This document shows, piece by piece, positions 48,601 to 58,349 of a stretch of DNA of 64,000 nucleotides (position 1 is the stretch's first letter; each line of letters starts with the position of its first letter). The notes under the pieces were generated by a model that ran no database searches, had not been told where the DNA came from, and saw nothing but the letters and a program-made list of their open reading frames with translations. The position numbers and the translations under genes are program-made. This DNA comes from an uncultured Gaiellaceae bacterium. Lineage in GTDB: Bacteria > Actinomycetota > Thermoleophilia > Gaiellales > Gaiellaceae. The stretch lies in the NCBI GenBank assembly GCA_963822205.1, contig CAWGGO010000009.1, positions 40,314 to 104,313 on the forward strand. The letters are read 5' to 3'.

Positions 48601-51573
48601 GGTCTCGGACCTCAAGGACAACATCAACCAGATGATCGGCAACCTGCGCGAGACGACCGAGCGGAATGCCGCGCAGGACTGGCTCAACTCGAACCTCGCC
48701 CGCTTCTCCGGCTTGCTGCAGGGCCAGCGCGACCAGAAGATGGTCGCGCGCATGCTGATGAGCGAGGTGACGCCGCTCGTCGCCGCGCACCACGGCACGT
48801 TCTACGTCGCGGAGGAGGTCGGCGAAGAGAGCCAGCTGGAGCTGGCTCTGATCGCGACGTACGGCTACAAGGAGCGCAAGTCGATCGCGAACCGCTTCAA
48901 GGTCGGCGAGGCGCTGATCGGCCAGGCCGCCCTCGAGCGGAAGGCGATCGTGATCACGCAGGCGCCCGAGGACTACATCAAGATCTCGTCCGGTCTGGGC
49001 GAGTCGGCCCCGACGAGCATCATCGTCCTCCCGGTCCTCTTCGAGGAGACCGTGATGGCCGTGATCGAGCTGGCCTCGTTCGCGCGTTCACCGAGATCCA
49101 GCAGACGTTCCTCGACCAGCTCTCGGAGTCGATCGGGGTCGTCCTGAACACGATCAACGCGAACTCGCGCACCGAGGAGCTGCTGCTCCAGTCGCAGTCG
49201 CTGACCCAGGACCTGCAGAGCCAGTCGGAGGAGCTGCAGGCGCAGCAGGACGAGCTGCGGCGCTCGAACGCCGAGCTCGAGGCGCAGACGGCGACGCTCC
49301 GCGCCTCGGAGGAGCTGCTGCAGACCCAGCAGGAGGAGCTCCAGCAGACGAACGAGGAGCTCGAGGAGCGCTCGCAGCAGCTCGAGGAGCAGAACCGCCG
49401 GATCGAGATCAAGAACGCCGAGATCGAGGACGCGCGCAAAGCGCTGGAGGAGAAGGCGGAGCAGCTCGCGCTCTCCTCGCGCTACAAGTCCGAGTTCCTC
49501 GCGAACATGTCGCACGAGCTGCGGACGCCGCTGAACTCGCTGCTGATCCTCGCGAAGCTGCTCGGCGACAACGTCGACGGCAACCTGACCGACAAGCAGA
49601 TCGAGTTCGCGAACACGATCCACAACGCGGGCGCCGAGCTGCTCGGGCTGATCAACGACATCCTCGACCTCTCGAAGGTCGAGGCCGGGAAGATGGACCT
49701 GCACGTCGCCGAGGTGTCGGTCGCCGAGGAGCTCGCCGGCGCTCGAGCGGTCGTTCACGCCGGTCGCCGAGGAGAAGAGGCCTCACGTTCGAGCTCGACT
49801 TCGCGGAGAACGCGCTCCCGACGATCGTCACCGACCAGCAGCGGCTCCAGCAGGTGCTGAAGAACCTGCTCTCGAACGCGTTCAAGTTCACCGACGAGGG
49901 CGGCGTCGTCATTCGGGTCGCCCAGGCGCCGAAGGAGCGCCAGTTCGCCGGCGACACGCTCGCAAACGCCGAGCACGTGGTCGGCTTCTCGGTCGTGGAC
50001 ACGGGCGTCGGGATCGCCGCCGACAAGCTGCGCGCTGATCTTCGAGGCGTTCCAGCAGGCGGACGGCACGACGAGCCGCCGCTACGGCGGCACGGGCCTC
50101 GGCCTCTCGATCAGCCGCGAGATCGCCCGCCTGCTCGGCGGCGAGATCCACGTCGAGTCGGAGCCCGGCGAGGGGAGCACGTTCACGCTCTACCTGCCCG
50201 ACCGCTACGTCGAGCACCCGCCCGCCGAGACCGGCGCCGAGATCCTGCGCGAGGTCACGGCGGGGCTGACGCCGGCGACGGCCGCGATCCAGCAGTCCGA
50301 CAACGGAGACGAGCCCGTCCTCGACGCCCTCGATCCATCCCTCCTCTTGCCGAGCGAGGTGAGCGACGATCGCGACTCGATCGAGGAGGGCGATCGCGTC
50401 GTGCTGATCATCGAGGACGACGCCGACTTCGCCCGCACCGAGCTCGAGATCGCGCGGGAGCGCGGCTTCAAGGGGCTCGTGGCGCTACGCGGCGACACCG
50501 GCCTGGCGCTCGCGCGCGAGTTCCGGCCGGACGCGATCGTGCTCGACATGACCCTGCCGGTGCTCGACGGCTGGACCGTGCTCGACCGGCTCAAGCGGCA
50601 CCCGGGGACGCGGCACATCCCCGTGCACATCGTCTCCGCGCGTCGACGAGATGCAGCCGGCGTTGCTGGCCGGTGCGGCCGCGTTCCTCCAGAAGCCCGC
50701 GTCCGCGGAGGCCCTGGCGGAGGTCTTCGGCCAGATCGAGTCGTTCATCAACCGCGACGTCCGCCGGTTGCTCGTCGTCGACGACGACGAGGCCCAGCGG
50801 CAGTCGATCATCGAGCTCGTCGGCGGTGGCGGAGACGTCGAGATCGTCGCCGTCGGCTCGTCGGAGGAGGCGCTCGCGGCGCTCGACTCGGAGAAGCCGT
50901 TCGACTGCATGGTGCTCGACCTGAAGCTGCCGAAGATGACCGGCTTCGCCCTGCTCGAGAAGGTCAAGACCGACGAGCGGTCGCACAGCCTGCCGGTGAT
51001 CGTGTACACGGGCAAGGAGCTGACCAGGCGGGAGGAGACGAAGCTGAAGCGCTACGCCGAGACGATCGTCGTCAAGGACGCCCGCTCGCCCGAGCGCCTG
51101 CTCGACGAGACCTCGCTCTTCCTGCACCGGGTCGAGTCGAAGCTGCCCGAATCGAAGCGCAAGATGCTCGAGCAGCTGCACAACAGCGGACGCGCTCTTC
51201 GTCGGCAGGAAGGTGCTGATCGTCGACGACGACGTCCGCAACGTCTTCGCGCTCACGAGCGCGCTCGAGGCGAACGGGATGGACGTGCTGTTCGCGGAGA
51301 ACGGTCGCGAAGGGATCGAGGCTCTCCGAGTCGGCCGGCGACGTCGACCTCGTCCTGATGGACGTGATGATGCCGGAGATGGACGGCTACGAGACGACGC
51401 AGGCGATCCGCCTGCTGCCCGAGTTCGAGAAGCTGCCGATCATCGCGCTGACGGCGAAGGCGATGAAGGGCGACCGCGAACGCTCGATCGCGGCCGGCGC
51501 GTCCGACTACATCACGAAGCCGGTCGACACCGACCAGCTTCTCTCCCTGATGCGCGTGTGGCTCTACCAGTAG
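45650..51573 (+). CDS. Giant cytoplasmic hybrid sensor histidine kinase: ~10 tandem HAMP units + GAF + Gln/Glu-rich coiled coil + HisKA + HATPase_c + three receiver domains (at least 8 frame switches as assembled)
   Basis: An SD (AAAGGAG) precedes the GTG at 45650, and there are no TM segments. The protein has 92-aa HAMP repeats followed by a GAF-like region ([28 protein letters not shown]). The H-box reads [15 protein letters not shown]. The N/G boxes read [12 protein letters not shown] and [38 protein letters not shown]. The receivers begin [33 protein letters not shown] and [22 protein letters not shown]. The frames of ORFs 45650, 45967, 48263, 49854, 50347, 50651, 51213 and 51358 were joined by hand. 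Confidence 0.85.
45989..48660 (+). repeat. Tandem 276-bp (92-codon) coding repeats, ~9.5 copies, encoding the poly-HAMP array
   Basis: Unit starts (codons for VN..) lie at 45989 (first unit 15 nt longer), 46280, 46555, 46831, 47107, 47383, 47659, 47935, 48211 and 48488. The consensus is [92 protein letters not shown]. Confidence 0.9.
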
Positions 51574-52402
51574 AGAGGGGAGGAGCTCGAGCTCGAGCAG
51601 CTCGAGCTCGAGCTCCTCCTGGAGGGGATCTACCGCCGCTACGGCTTCGACTTCCGCGAGTACGCGCCGGCGTCGCTGAAGCGGCGCCTGCGCCGGCGGA
51701 TGGACGGGGAGAAGGTCGAGACGGTCTCCGCGCTCCAGAATCTGATCCTGCACGACCCGGCCGTGATGGAACGGCTCCTGCTCGACCTCTCGGTCAACGT
51801 GACCGCGATGTTCCGCGATCCGTCCTTCTACGTCGCCTTCCGCGAGAAGGTCGTCCCGGCGCTCCGGACGCTATCCGTTCTCGCGGCTCTGGGTCGCCGG
51901 CTGCTCGACCGGCGAGGAGGTCTACTCGCTCGCGATCCTGCTCGCCGAGGAGGGCCTCTCGGATCGCGTGCGCATCTACGCGACCGACATCAACGAGGCC
52001 GTGATCGACGTCGCCCGGCTCGGCGTCTTCCCGCTCGACAAGATGCAGGAGTACACGCAGAACTACATCCGCGCCGGCGGGTCGCGCTCGTTCTCCGAGT
52101 ACTACGTCGCACGCTACGACGGAGCGCGCTTCGCCGGGTCGCTCGTGGACGAGGTCGTCTTCGCGCAGCACAACCTCGCCTCCGACGCCGCGTTCAACGA
52201 GTTTCACGTGATCACCTGCCGCAACGTGATGATCTACTTCGCCCAGCCGCTGCAGGAGCACGTGCACCGGTTGTTCTACGAGAGCCTGGCGATGTTCGGC
52301 GTCCTCGCGCTCGGGCAGAAGGAAACGATCCGGTTCTCTCCGCACGAGGGCTCGTTCGAGGAGCTCGACGCCGAAGAGCGGCTATACAAGAAGGTCCGAT
52401 GA
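51574..52402 (+). CDS. cheR: CheR-type protein-glutamate O-methyltransferase (start codon not identifiable; one frame switch near 51868)
   Basis: Segments are [36 protein letters not shown], the SAM-binding region [25 protein letters not shown] and [10 protein letters not shown]. Confidence 0.8.
51579..51619. other. 41-nt perfect palindrome GGAGGAGCTCGAGCTCGAGC-A-GCTCGAGCTCGAGCTCCTCC at the kinase/cheR junction
   Basis: Read directly from the sequence. It starts 6 nt after the kinase TAG and encodes (E)[12 protein letters not shown] of the CheR N-terminal region. Confidence 0.9.
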
Positions 52403-52976
52403 TGCCGATCACATACGAAGTGATCGCGATCGGGGCGTCCTGGGGAGGGCTGCAGGCGGTGGGAACGGTGCTGGACGGAATACCGGTCGAGCTCGACCAG
52501 CCGATCGTGATCGCGCAGCACCGCTCCGCCGAATCGAACCGAGGCGCGCTCGCGTCGCTGCTCCAGCGGCCACATCGCGCGCCCGGTGTCGGAGCCGCTC
52601 GACAAGGAGACCGTCGAGCCGCGCCACGTCTACGTCGCTCCCGCGGACTACCACCTCCTCGTCGACGGCGCGCGCTTCGCCCTCTCCGTCGAGGCTCGCG
52701 TCCAGTTCGCGCGCCCGTCGATCGACGTCCTCTTCGAGTCGGTCGCCGAGGCCTACCGCGACCGCGCGATCGGGATCGTGCTCACGGGCGCGAACGAGGA
52801 CGGCGCCGCCGGGCTCGCCGCGATCAAGCGGAACGGTGGTGTCGGGATCGTCCAGGATCCCGAGGACCGCGACGAAGAAGTCGATGCCGGAGGCGGCGAT
52901 CGCGGCGGCGCAGGCCGACGCGGTGCTGCCGCTCGAGGAGATCGCGCCGTTCCTCTACGGGTTGTGCTGCATATGA
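52399..52976 (+). CDS. cheB: CheB-type protein-glutamate methylesterase, catalytic domain only (no receiver); frame switches near 52575 and 52868
   Basis: The start ATGATG overlaps the cheR TGA. The catalytic triad context is AIGASWGG (Ser), IAQHRS (His) and [11 protein letters not shown] (Asp), followed by [15 protein letters not shown]. Confidence 0.75.
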
Positions 52977-55390
52977 GCGAGCGCGCCAAGCTGCTGCTCG
53001 TCGACGACCGGCCCGAGAACCTGCTCGCGCTCGAAGCGCTCCTCGAGCCGCTCGGACAGGAGCTCGTGCTCGCGGCATCCGGCGAGGAGGCGCTGCGACA
53101 CCTGCTCCACGAAGAGTTCGCTGCGATCCTGCTCGACGTCCAGATGCCGGGGCTGGACGGGTTCCAGACGGCGGAGCTGATCAAGGGGCGTGAGCGGACC
53201 CGTCACGTCCCGATCATGTTTCTGACGGCGATCTCCAAGGACGCAGAGCACATCTTCCGCGGCTACGACGCCGGCGCCGTGGACTATCTGATGAAGCCGT
53301 TCGACCCGCACATCCTGCGGGCGAAGGTCGGCGGTCTTCATCGACCTCTGGCAGAAGACGGTCGAGATCAGGCGGCAGGACGCGCTGATCAAGGAGCAGG
53401 AGCTGGCGGCGCTCGAGCGTGAGAGCGAGGAGCGATACCGATTCCTTGCCGATGCGATTCCGCAGCAGCGTCTGGACGACGCCTTGCCGGACGGTTCGCT
53501 CGATTACGTGAACCAGCGCGTGCTCGAGTACTTCGGTCGCACGCTTCGACGAGCTGAGCGGTTGGGGCTGGAGCGATTTCGTCGCACCCGGACGACGTGC
53601 CGACGGCAGTGGAGCGCTGGAAGACGTCCCTGCGGACCGGCGAGCCGTACGAGGTCGAGTTCCGGTTGCGGCGGCGTCGGACGGCGCCTACCGTTGGCAT
53701 CTGGCCGGGCGGTCGCGATGCGCGACGCCGGCGGCGACGATCGTCAGATGGTTCGGCACGAACACCGACATCGAAGAACGCCGGATCGCCGAGGAGCGGC
53801 AGACCTTCCTCGCCGAGGCCGGCTGGGTGCTCGGCAGCTCGCTCGACTACCAGCAGACGCTCGCCGACGTCGCCCGGCTCGCGGTGCCGCGGATCGCGGA
53901 CTGGTGCGCCGTCGACATCTTCGTCGGCAACAGGCTGGAGCGGCTGGCGCTCGAGCACGTCGATCCGCTCAAGCTGGAGCTCGCGCGGGAGCTCGAGGAG
54001 CCGATGCTGGCCGCGTCCGCAGCCGCCGGCGCGACCGCGATCCGCTCGCAGGAGCCGGTGCTCGTTCGCGAGATCGACGATGAGGCGCTCGCAAGCTTCG
54101 GCTTCGACGAGCGCCAGCTCGAGATCGCCCGCACGCTGGCGCCGCGCTCGTACGTCACGGTGCCCGCTGGTCGCGCGCGGGGACGTCTTCGGCTCGATCA
54201 GCCTCGTCACCGCCGAGTCCGGGCGGGTCTACGGCGAGGACGACCTGACCGTCGCCCAGGAGCTGGCGCGGCATGCGGCGGCGGCGATCGACAATGCCCG
54301 GCTCTATGCCGAGGCCGAGCGCAGGGGACGCGCGGCGCGGGCGCTCGAAGCGGTCGGCGACGGGGTCGTCCTCGTCGACCGCGACGGCGTGATCCGGCTC
54401 TGGAACACGGCTGCTGGGACGATCACAGGCGTGGCCGAGGAGGACGTGCTCGGGAAGAAGATCGAGGACGTCGTCCAGGGCTGGCAGAGAGATCGCACCG
54501 CTGATCCCCGTCGCGAGCAAGCCCGGCGAGCCGGTGCGGGCGGAGACGGTGCCGGTCGAGTTCGGCGGGCGCGAGCTGTGGATCTCGGGCTCAGGCGTCG
54601 GCTTCGAGGAGGGCACGGTCTACGCCTTCCGCGACCTGACCGAGGAGCGTGCGCTCGAGGAGATGAAGGCGGAGTTCGTCGCCACCGTGTCGCACGAGCT
54701 GCGGACGCCTCTCGCGGCCATCTATGGCTCGGCGCAGACGATCCGGCGCACGGACATCGAGCTCGGACCCGGAGATCAAGGACCAGCTGCTCGGCGTCAT
54801 CGCCTCGGAGTCCGACCGGCTCGGGACGATCGTCAACGACCTGCTGGTCGCGGGCCGGCTCGACGCCAACCAGCTCCCGCTCACGATCGAGCGCTGCGAT
54901 CCCGTCAAGCTCGCCGGGCCTGGTGGTCGAGGCGGCGAAGACGTACATGCCGGATGTGATCCAGATCGAGCTGAAGGCGCCGAAGCGGGTGACGAACGTC
55001 GCCGCCGATCCCGGGCAACTCCGCCAGGTGCTCGTCAACCTCGTCGACAATGCGATCAAGTACTCGCCGGAGGGCGGCCTCGTCGCGGTCTCGATCGCGA
55101 ACGGGGACGGTCTCGTACGCTTCTCGATCGTCGACACCGGGCTCGGCATCCCGCCTTCGGAGCACCGGCGGATCTTCGAGAAGTTCTACCGCCTCGATCC
55201 GGACATGACGCGTGGGATCGGCGGCACCGGCCTGGGTCTCTACATCTGCCGCGAGCTCGTCCGCCGGATGGACGGGAAGATCTGGGTCGAGTCGAAGCTC
55301 GGCGAGGGCTCGACCTTCGTCGTCGAGCTCCCGGCCGCCGCGGAGCAGAAGCCGCCGAAGAAGCCGAAGGCACCGGCCAAGACCGGCTAG
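52973..55390 (+). CDS. REC-PAS-GAF-PAS-HisKA-HATPase_c response-regulator/histidine-kinase hybrid (multiple frame switches)
   Basis: An ATGA overlap joins it to cheB. The receiver reads [25 protein letters not shown]. The first PAS reads [21 protein letters not shown]. The GAF part reads [34 protein letters not shown]. The second PAS reads [14 protein letters not shown]. The H-box reads [12 protein letters not shown]. The ATPase part reads [27 protein letters not shown]. Confidence 0.8.
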
Positions 55391-55391
55391 G

Positions 55392-56222
55392 CTAGCGCGC
55401 GCCGCCGGCGACGCCGGTCGCGCCCCCGCCCGCGGACTCGCTCGAGAGCTTCGACGCGAAGTAGACCGGGATCATCGAGAGCAGGATCACGAAGACGGCG
55501 ACGACGTTCACGATCGGAAGCTGGTTCGGCCGCGAGAGGTTGTTCAGGATCCAGATCGGCAGCGTCTGGTCGGCGCCGGCGGTGAACGTGGTCACGATCA
55601 CCTCGTCGAAGCTGAGCGCGAACGCGAGCAGCCCGCCCGCCAGCAGGGCGGTCTTCAGCTGTGGAAAGGTGACGAAGCGGAACGTCTGCCACGCGTCAGC
55701 GCCGAGGTCGGCGGACGCCTCCTCGAGCGAGGCCGCCGTCCGCCGCATTCGCGCGACGACGTTGTTGTAGACGACGACGATGCAGAAGGTCGCGTGCCCG
55801 ACCATGATCGTGAACAGGCCGAGGTCGACGCCGAACGGCTCCGGCAGGTTGCGGAAGGTCGCGTTCAGGGCCATGCCGGTGACGATCCCCGGCAGCGCGA
55901 TCGGGAGGATGACGAGGAACGAGATCGCCTCGCGACCGAAGAAGCGGTGCCGCGCCACCGCCATCGCCGCGAGCGACCCGAGCAGCAGCGCGATCGCGGT
56001 CGCGCCGAGTGCCGCCTTCACCGAGAGGAGCAGCGCGTCCCGTACACCCGGATTGTCGATCGCCCGCCCGAACCACTTCGTCGTCAGGCCCGGGATCGGC
56101 CACACGAGCGAACGCCGCTCGTTGAAGGCGTAGAGGCAGATCACGAGCAGCGGCAGGTAGACGAACGCCAGCGTGAGCGCTGTCGCGCCGCGCAGGAACC
56201 ACGCTCCGCCGCGAGACGTCAT
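55392..56222 (-). CDS. potC: ABC transporter permease (PotC-like, spermidine/putrescine family)
   Basis: The ORF is intact when started at MTSRGGAWFLRG. The EAA-loop region reads LEEASADLGADAWQTFRFVTFP. An ATGA overlap joins it to potB. Confidence 0.8.
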   Translation of the reverse strand: MTSRGGAWFLRGATALTLAFVYLPLLVICLYAFNERRSLVWPIPGLTTKWFGRAIDNPGVRDALLLSVKAALGATAIALLLGSLAAMAVARHRFFGREAISFLVILPIALPGIVTGMALNATFRNLPEPFGVDLGLFTIMVGHATFCIVVVYNNVVARMRRTAASLEEASADLGADAWQTFRFVTFPQLKTALLAGGLLAFALSFDEVIVTTFTAGADQTLPIWILNNLSRPNQLPIVNVVAVFVILLSMIPVYFASKLSSESAGGGATGVAGGAR

Positions 56223-57079
56223 AGGTTCTCGAACGCTCCCACGCGCCGTGCCAGCAGCAGGTAGACCATCATCACCACGACCGGCACGATCGCGAACGCG
56301 GCGGCGAAGGGGAGGTTGTTCGCGACGCCGACGTTGATGTAGACGACGTTGCCGATGAACTGCGTGCTCGAGACGAGCGCCGGCGTGATGTAGTCGCCGA
56401 GCGTCAGCGAGAAGGTGAAGATCGAGCCGGCTGCGACCGCGGGCAGGGCGAGTGGGAAGACGACGCTCCGGAGCGTCCGGCCGCCGTGCGCGCCGAGATC
56501 CGCGGACGCCTCGAGCAGGGACGAGGGGATCCGCTCCAGTCCTGCGTAGACCGGCAGGATCATGAACGGCAGCCAGAGATAGGAGAAGACCAGCCAGGTG
56601 GCGACGTTGCCGAAGCCGGGGCCGGACAGCCCAATCGGGTCGAGCACCCAGTTCAGGATCCCCTGCTCCTGGAGAATGATTCGCCAGGCGTAGACCTTGA
56701 CGAGGTAGCTCGCCCAGAGCGGGAGCAGGATCGCGACGACGAGCAGGTTCCGCGTGCGCGGCGACGCGACCTTCGCCATGTAGAACGCGATCGGGAACGC
56801 GAGCACGGCATCGGTGACCGTCACCGCGGCCGCGATCAGCACCGTCCGCTGCGTGATCGCACGGTAGACGTCGCTCTCCCAGAGCTGTCTGAAGTTCTGG
56901 AAGCCGTAGTCGTGGACGACCTCGGCCGTGAACGGATCGAGCCGCCAGAACGCCGCCACGAACAGCACCGCCAGGGAGCCGAGGTACGCGAGCAGCAGCC
57001 ATGAGAGCGGCGGCGTCAGCAGCAGGCCGAGCCGCAAGCGCGGATGGCGGTGGAGGAACGAAGAAAGGCGCCGCCCCAC
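56219..57079 (-). CDS. potB: ABC transporter permease (PotB-like)
   Basis: This is an intact 286-aa ORF. The EAA loop reads LLEASADLGAHGGRTLRSVVFP. Confidence 0.8.
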   Translation of the reverse strand: MGRRLSSFLHRHPRLRLGLLLTPPLSWLLLAYLGSLAVLFVAAFWRLDPFTAEVVHDYGFQNFRQLWESDVYRAITQRTVLIAAAVTVTDAVLAFPIAFYMAKVASPRTRNLLVVAILLPLWASYLVKVYAWRIILQEQGILNWVLDPIGLSGPGFGNVATWLVFSYLWLPFMILPVYAGLERIPSSLLEASADLGAHGGRTLRSVVFPLALPAVAAGSIFTFSLTLGDYITPALVSSTQFIGNVVYINVGVANNLPFAAAFAIVPVVVMMVYLLLARRVGAFENL

Positions 57080-57124
57080 AGACTCGCGGGGCGGCGCCTC
57101 GACTACCTCAGGCGTAGCGATGAG

Positions 57125-58349
57125 CTAGCCCTTGATCTCGGTCCAGGCTTGCGTCCATTCCGAGTAGTCCTTGCAGACCTGGCCCCGGTCGTCACCGCAA
57201 TCGGCCTGCGGCGTCTTCCAGTAGTAGATCTGGTCGAAGTAGTCCTCGTCGTCCGCATGGAAGATCGTGCAGTGGTCCTTGTTGGCCGTGAGCCCGCACG
57301 CCTCCTCGGAGGACGGCGCCTCGCCGAAGTACTCGGTCGCGGCGGCGTTCGCCTTCGGAGAGATGATGTGGTTCATCCACAGGTACATGCAGTTCGGGTT
57401 CTTGGCCTTGGACGAGATCATCCACGTGTCCGACCAGCCGGTCGACCCTTCCTTCGGCAGCACGGCGGCCACGGGCACCTTCTCGCCCTCGAGCACGTTC
57501 GTGATCACCTGCCAGGTCGTCCCGACGACGCTCTCGCCGCCGGTGAACGCGGCGATCTGCTTCGTGTAGTCGGACCAGTACTCGCCGATGTTCGCCCGCT
57601 GCTTCTTGAGCAGGTCGACCGCGGCGGTGAACTGCGCATCGTCGAGCTCGTACGGATCCTCGATCTCGAGATCCGGCTGGGTCGCCTTCAGGTAGACGGC
57701 CGCATCCGCGATGTAGATCGGGCTGTCGTACGCCGTCACCTTGCCCTTGTACGGCGTCGCCGCCGTCCCAGACGACGCTCCATGAGTCCGGCGCCGGCTT
57801 GACGACGTCGGTGCGGTACTGGAGCAGGTTCGCGCCGCGGCCGTGCGGGACGCCGTAGTTGACGTCGTCGACCGTGTTGTGCGGCTGGTCTTTGAGCCCG
57901 TCGAAGACACCGGCGTAGTTCTCGATCAAATCGGTGTTGACGGGCGCGACGTCACCCGCCGCGATCAGCCGCAGGCTCGCGTCGCCCGAAGCGGAGACGC
58001 CGTCGTACTGGCCGGTGCGCATCAGGGTCACCATCTCGTCGGACGTGTTGCCGACTTTGACATTGACCTGGCAGCCGGTCTCGGTCTCGAAGTCGGACAC
58101 CCAGTCGACCTTCGGGTCCGTGGTGCCGTCCTCCACGTAGCCGGCCCAGGCGATCAAGTTGACCTGACCTTCGCCCTCGCCGAGCGTCTGGAGCATGCCC
58201 TCGGGGGTTCCGCCGGTCGTCTCCGCGGCTGTGGTGCCGGCCCCGCCGGCCTCATCGTCGTCGTCGCCGCCGCACCCGGCAGCCATCACGCTGAGCACGC
58301 CCGTTGCGAGCAGTGCCGCCGCCCAGCGTCCGTATCTGCGCTTGCTCAT
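57125..58349 (-). CDS. potD: Polyamine-type ABC substrate-binding lipoprotein (PotD/PotF-like); frame switch near 57780
   Basis: The lipobox reads MSKRRYGRWAAALLATGVLSVMAAGC. The body reads VNLIAWAGYVEDG..MRTGQYDGVSASGD.., continuing in the frame of ORF 57125..57910. Confidence 0.75.

Noticed and set aside
45989-48660. The regular 276-bp repeats as a CRISPR array or non-coding satellite
   Set aside because: The repeats are contiguous with no spacers and are in frame. They encode conserved HAMP-type sequence with mostly synonymous-type divergence. No cas genes are present.
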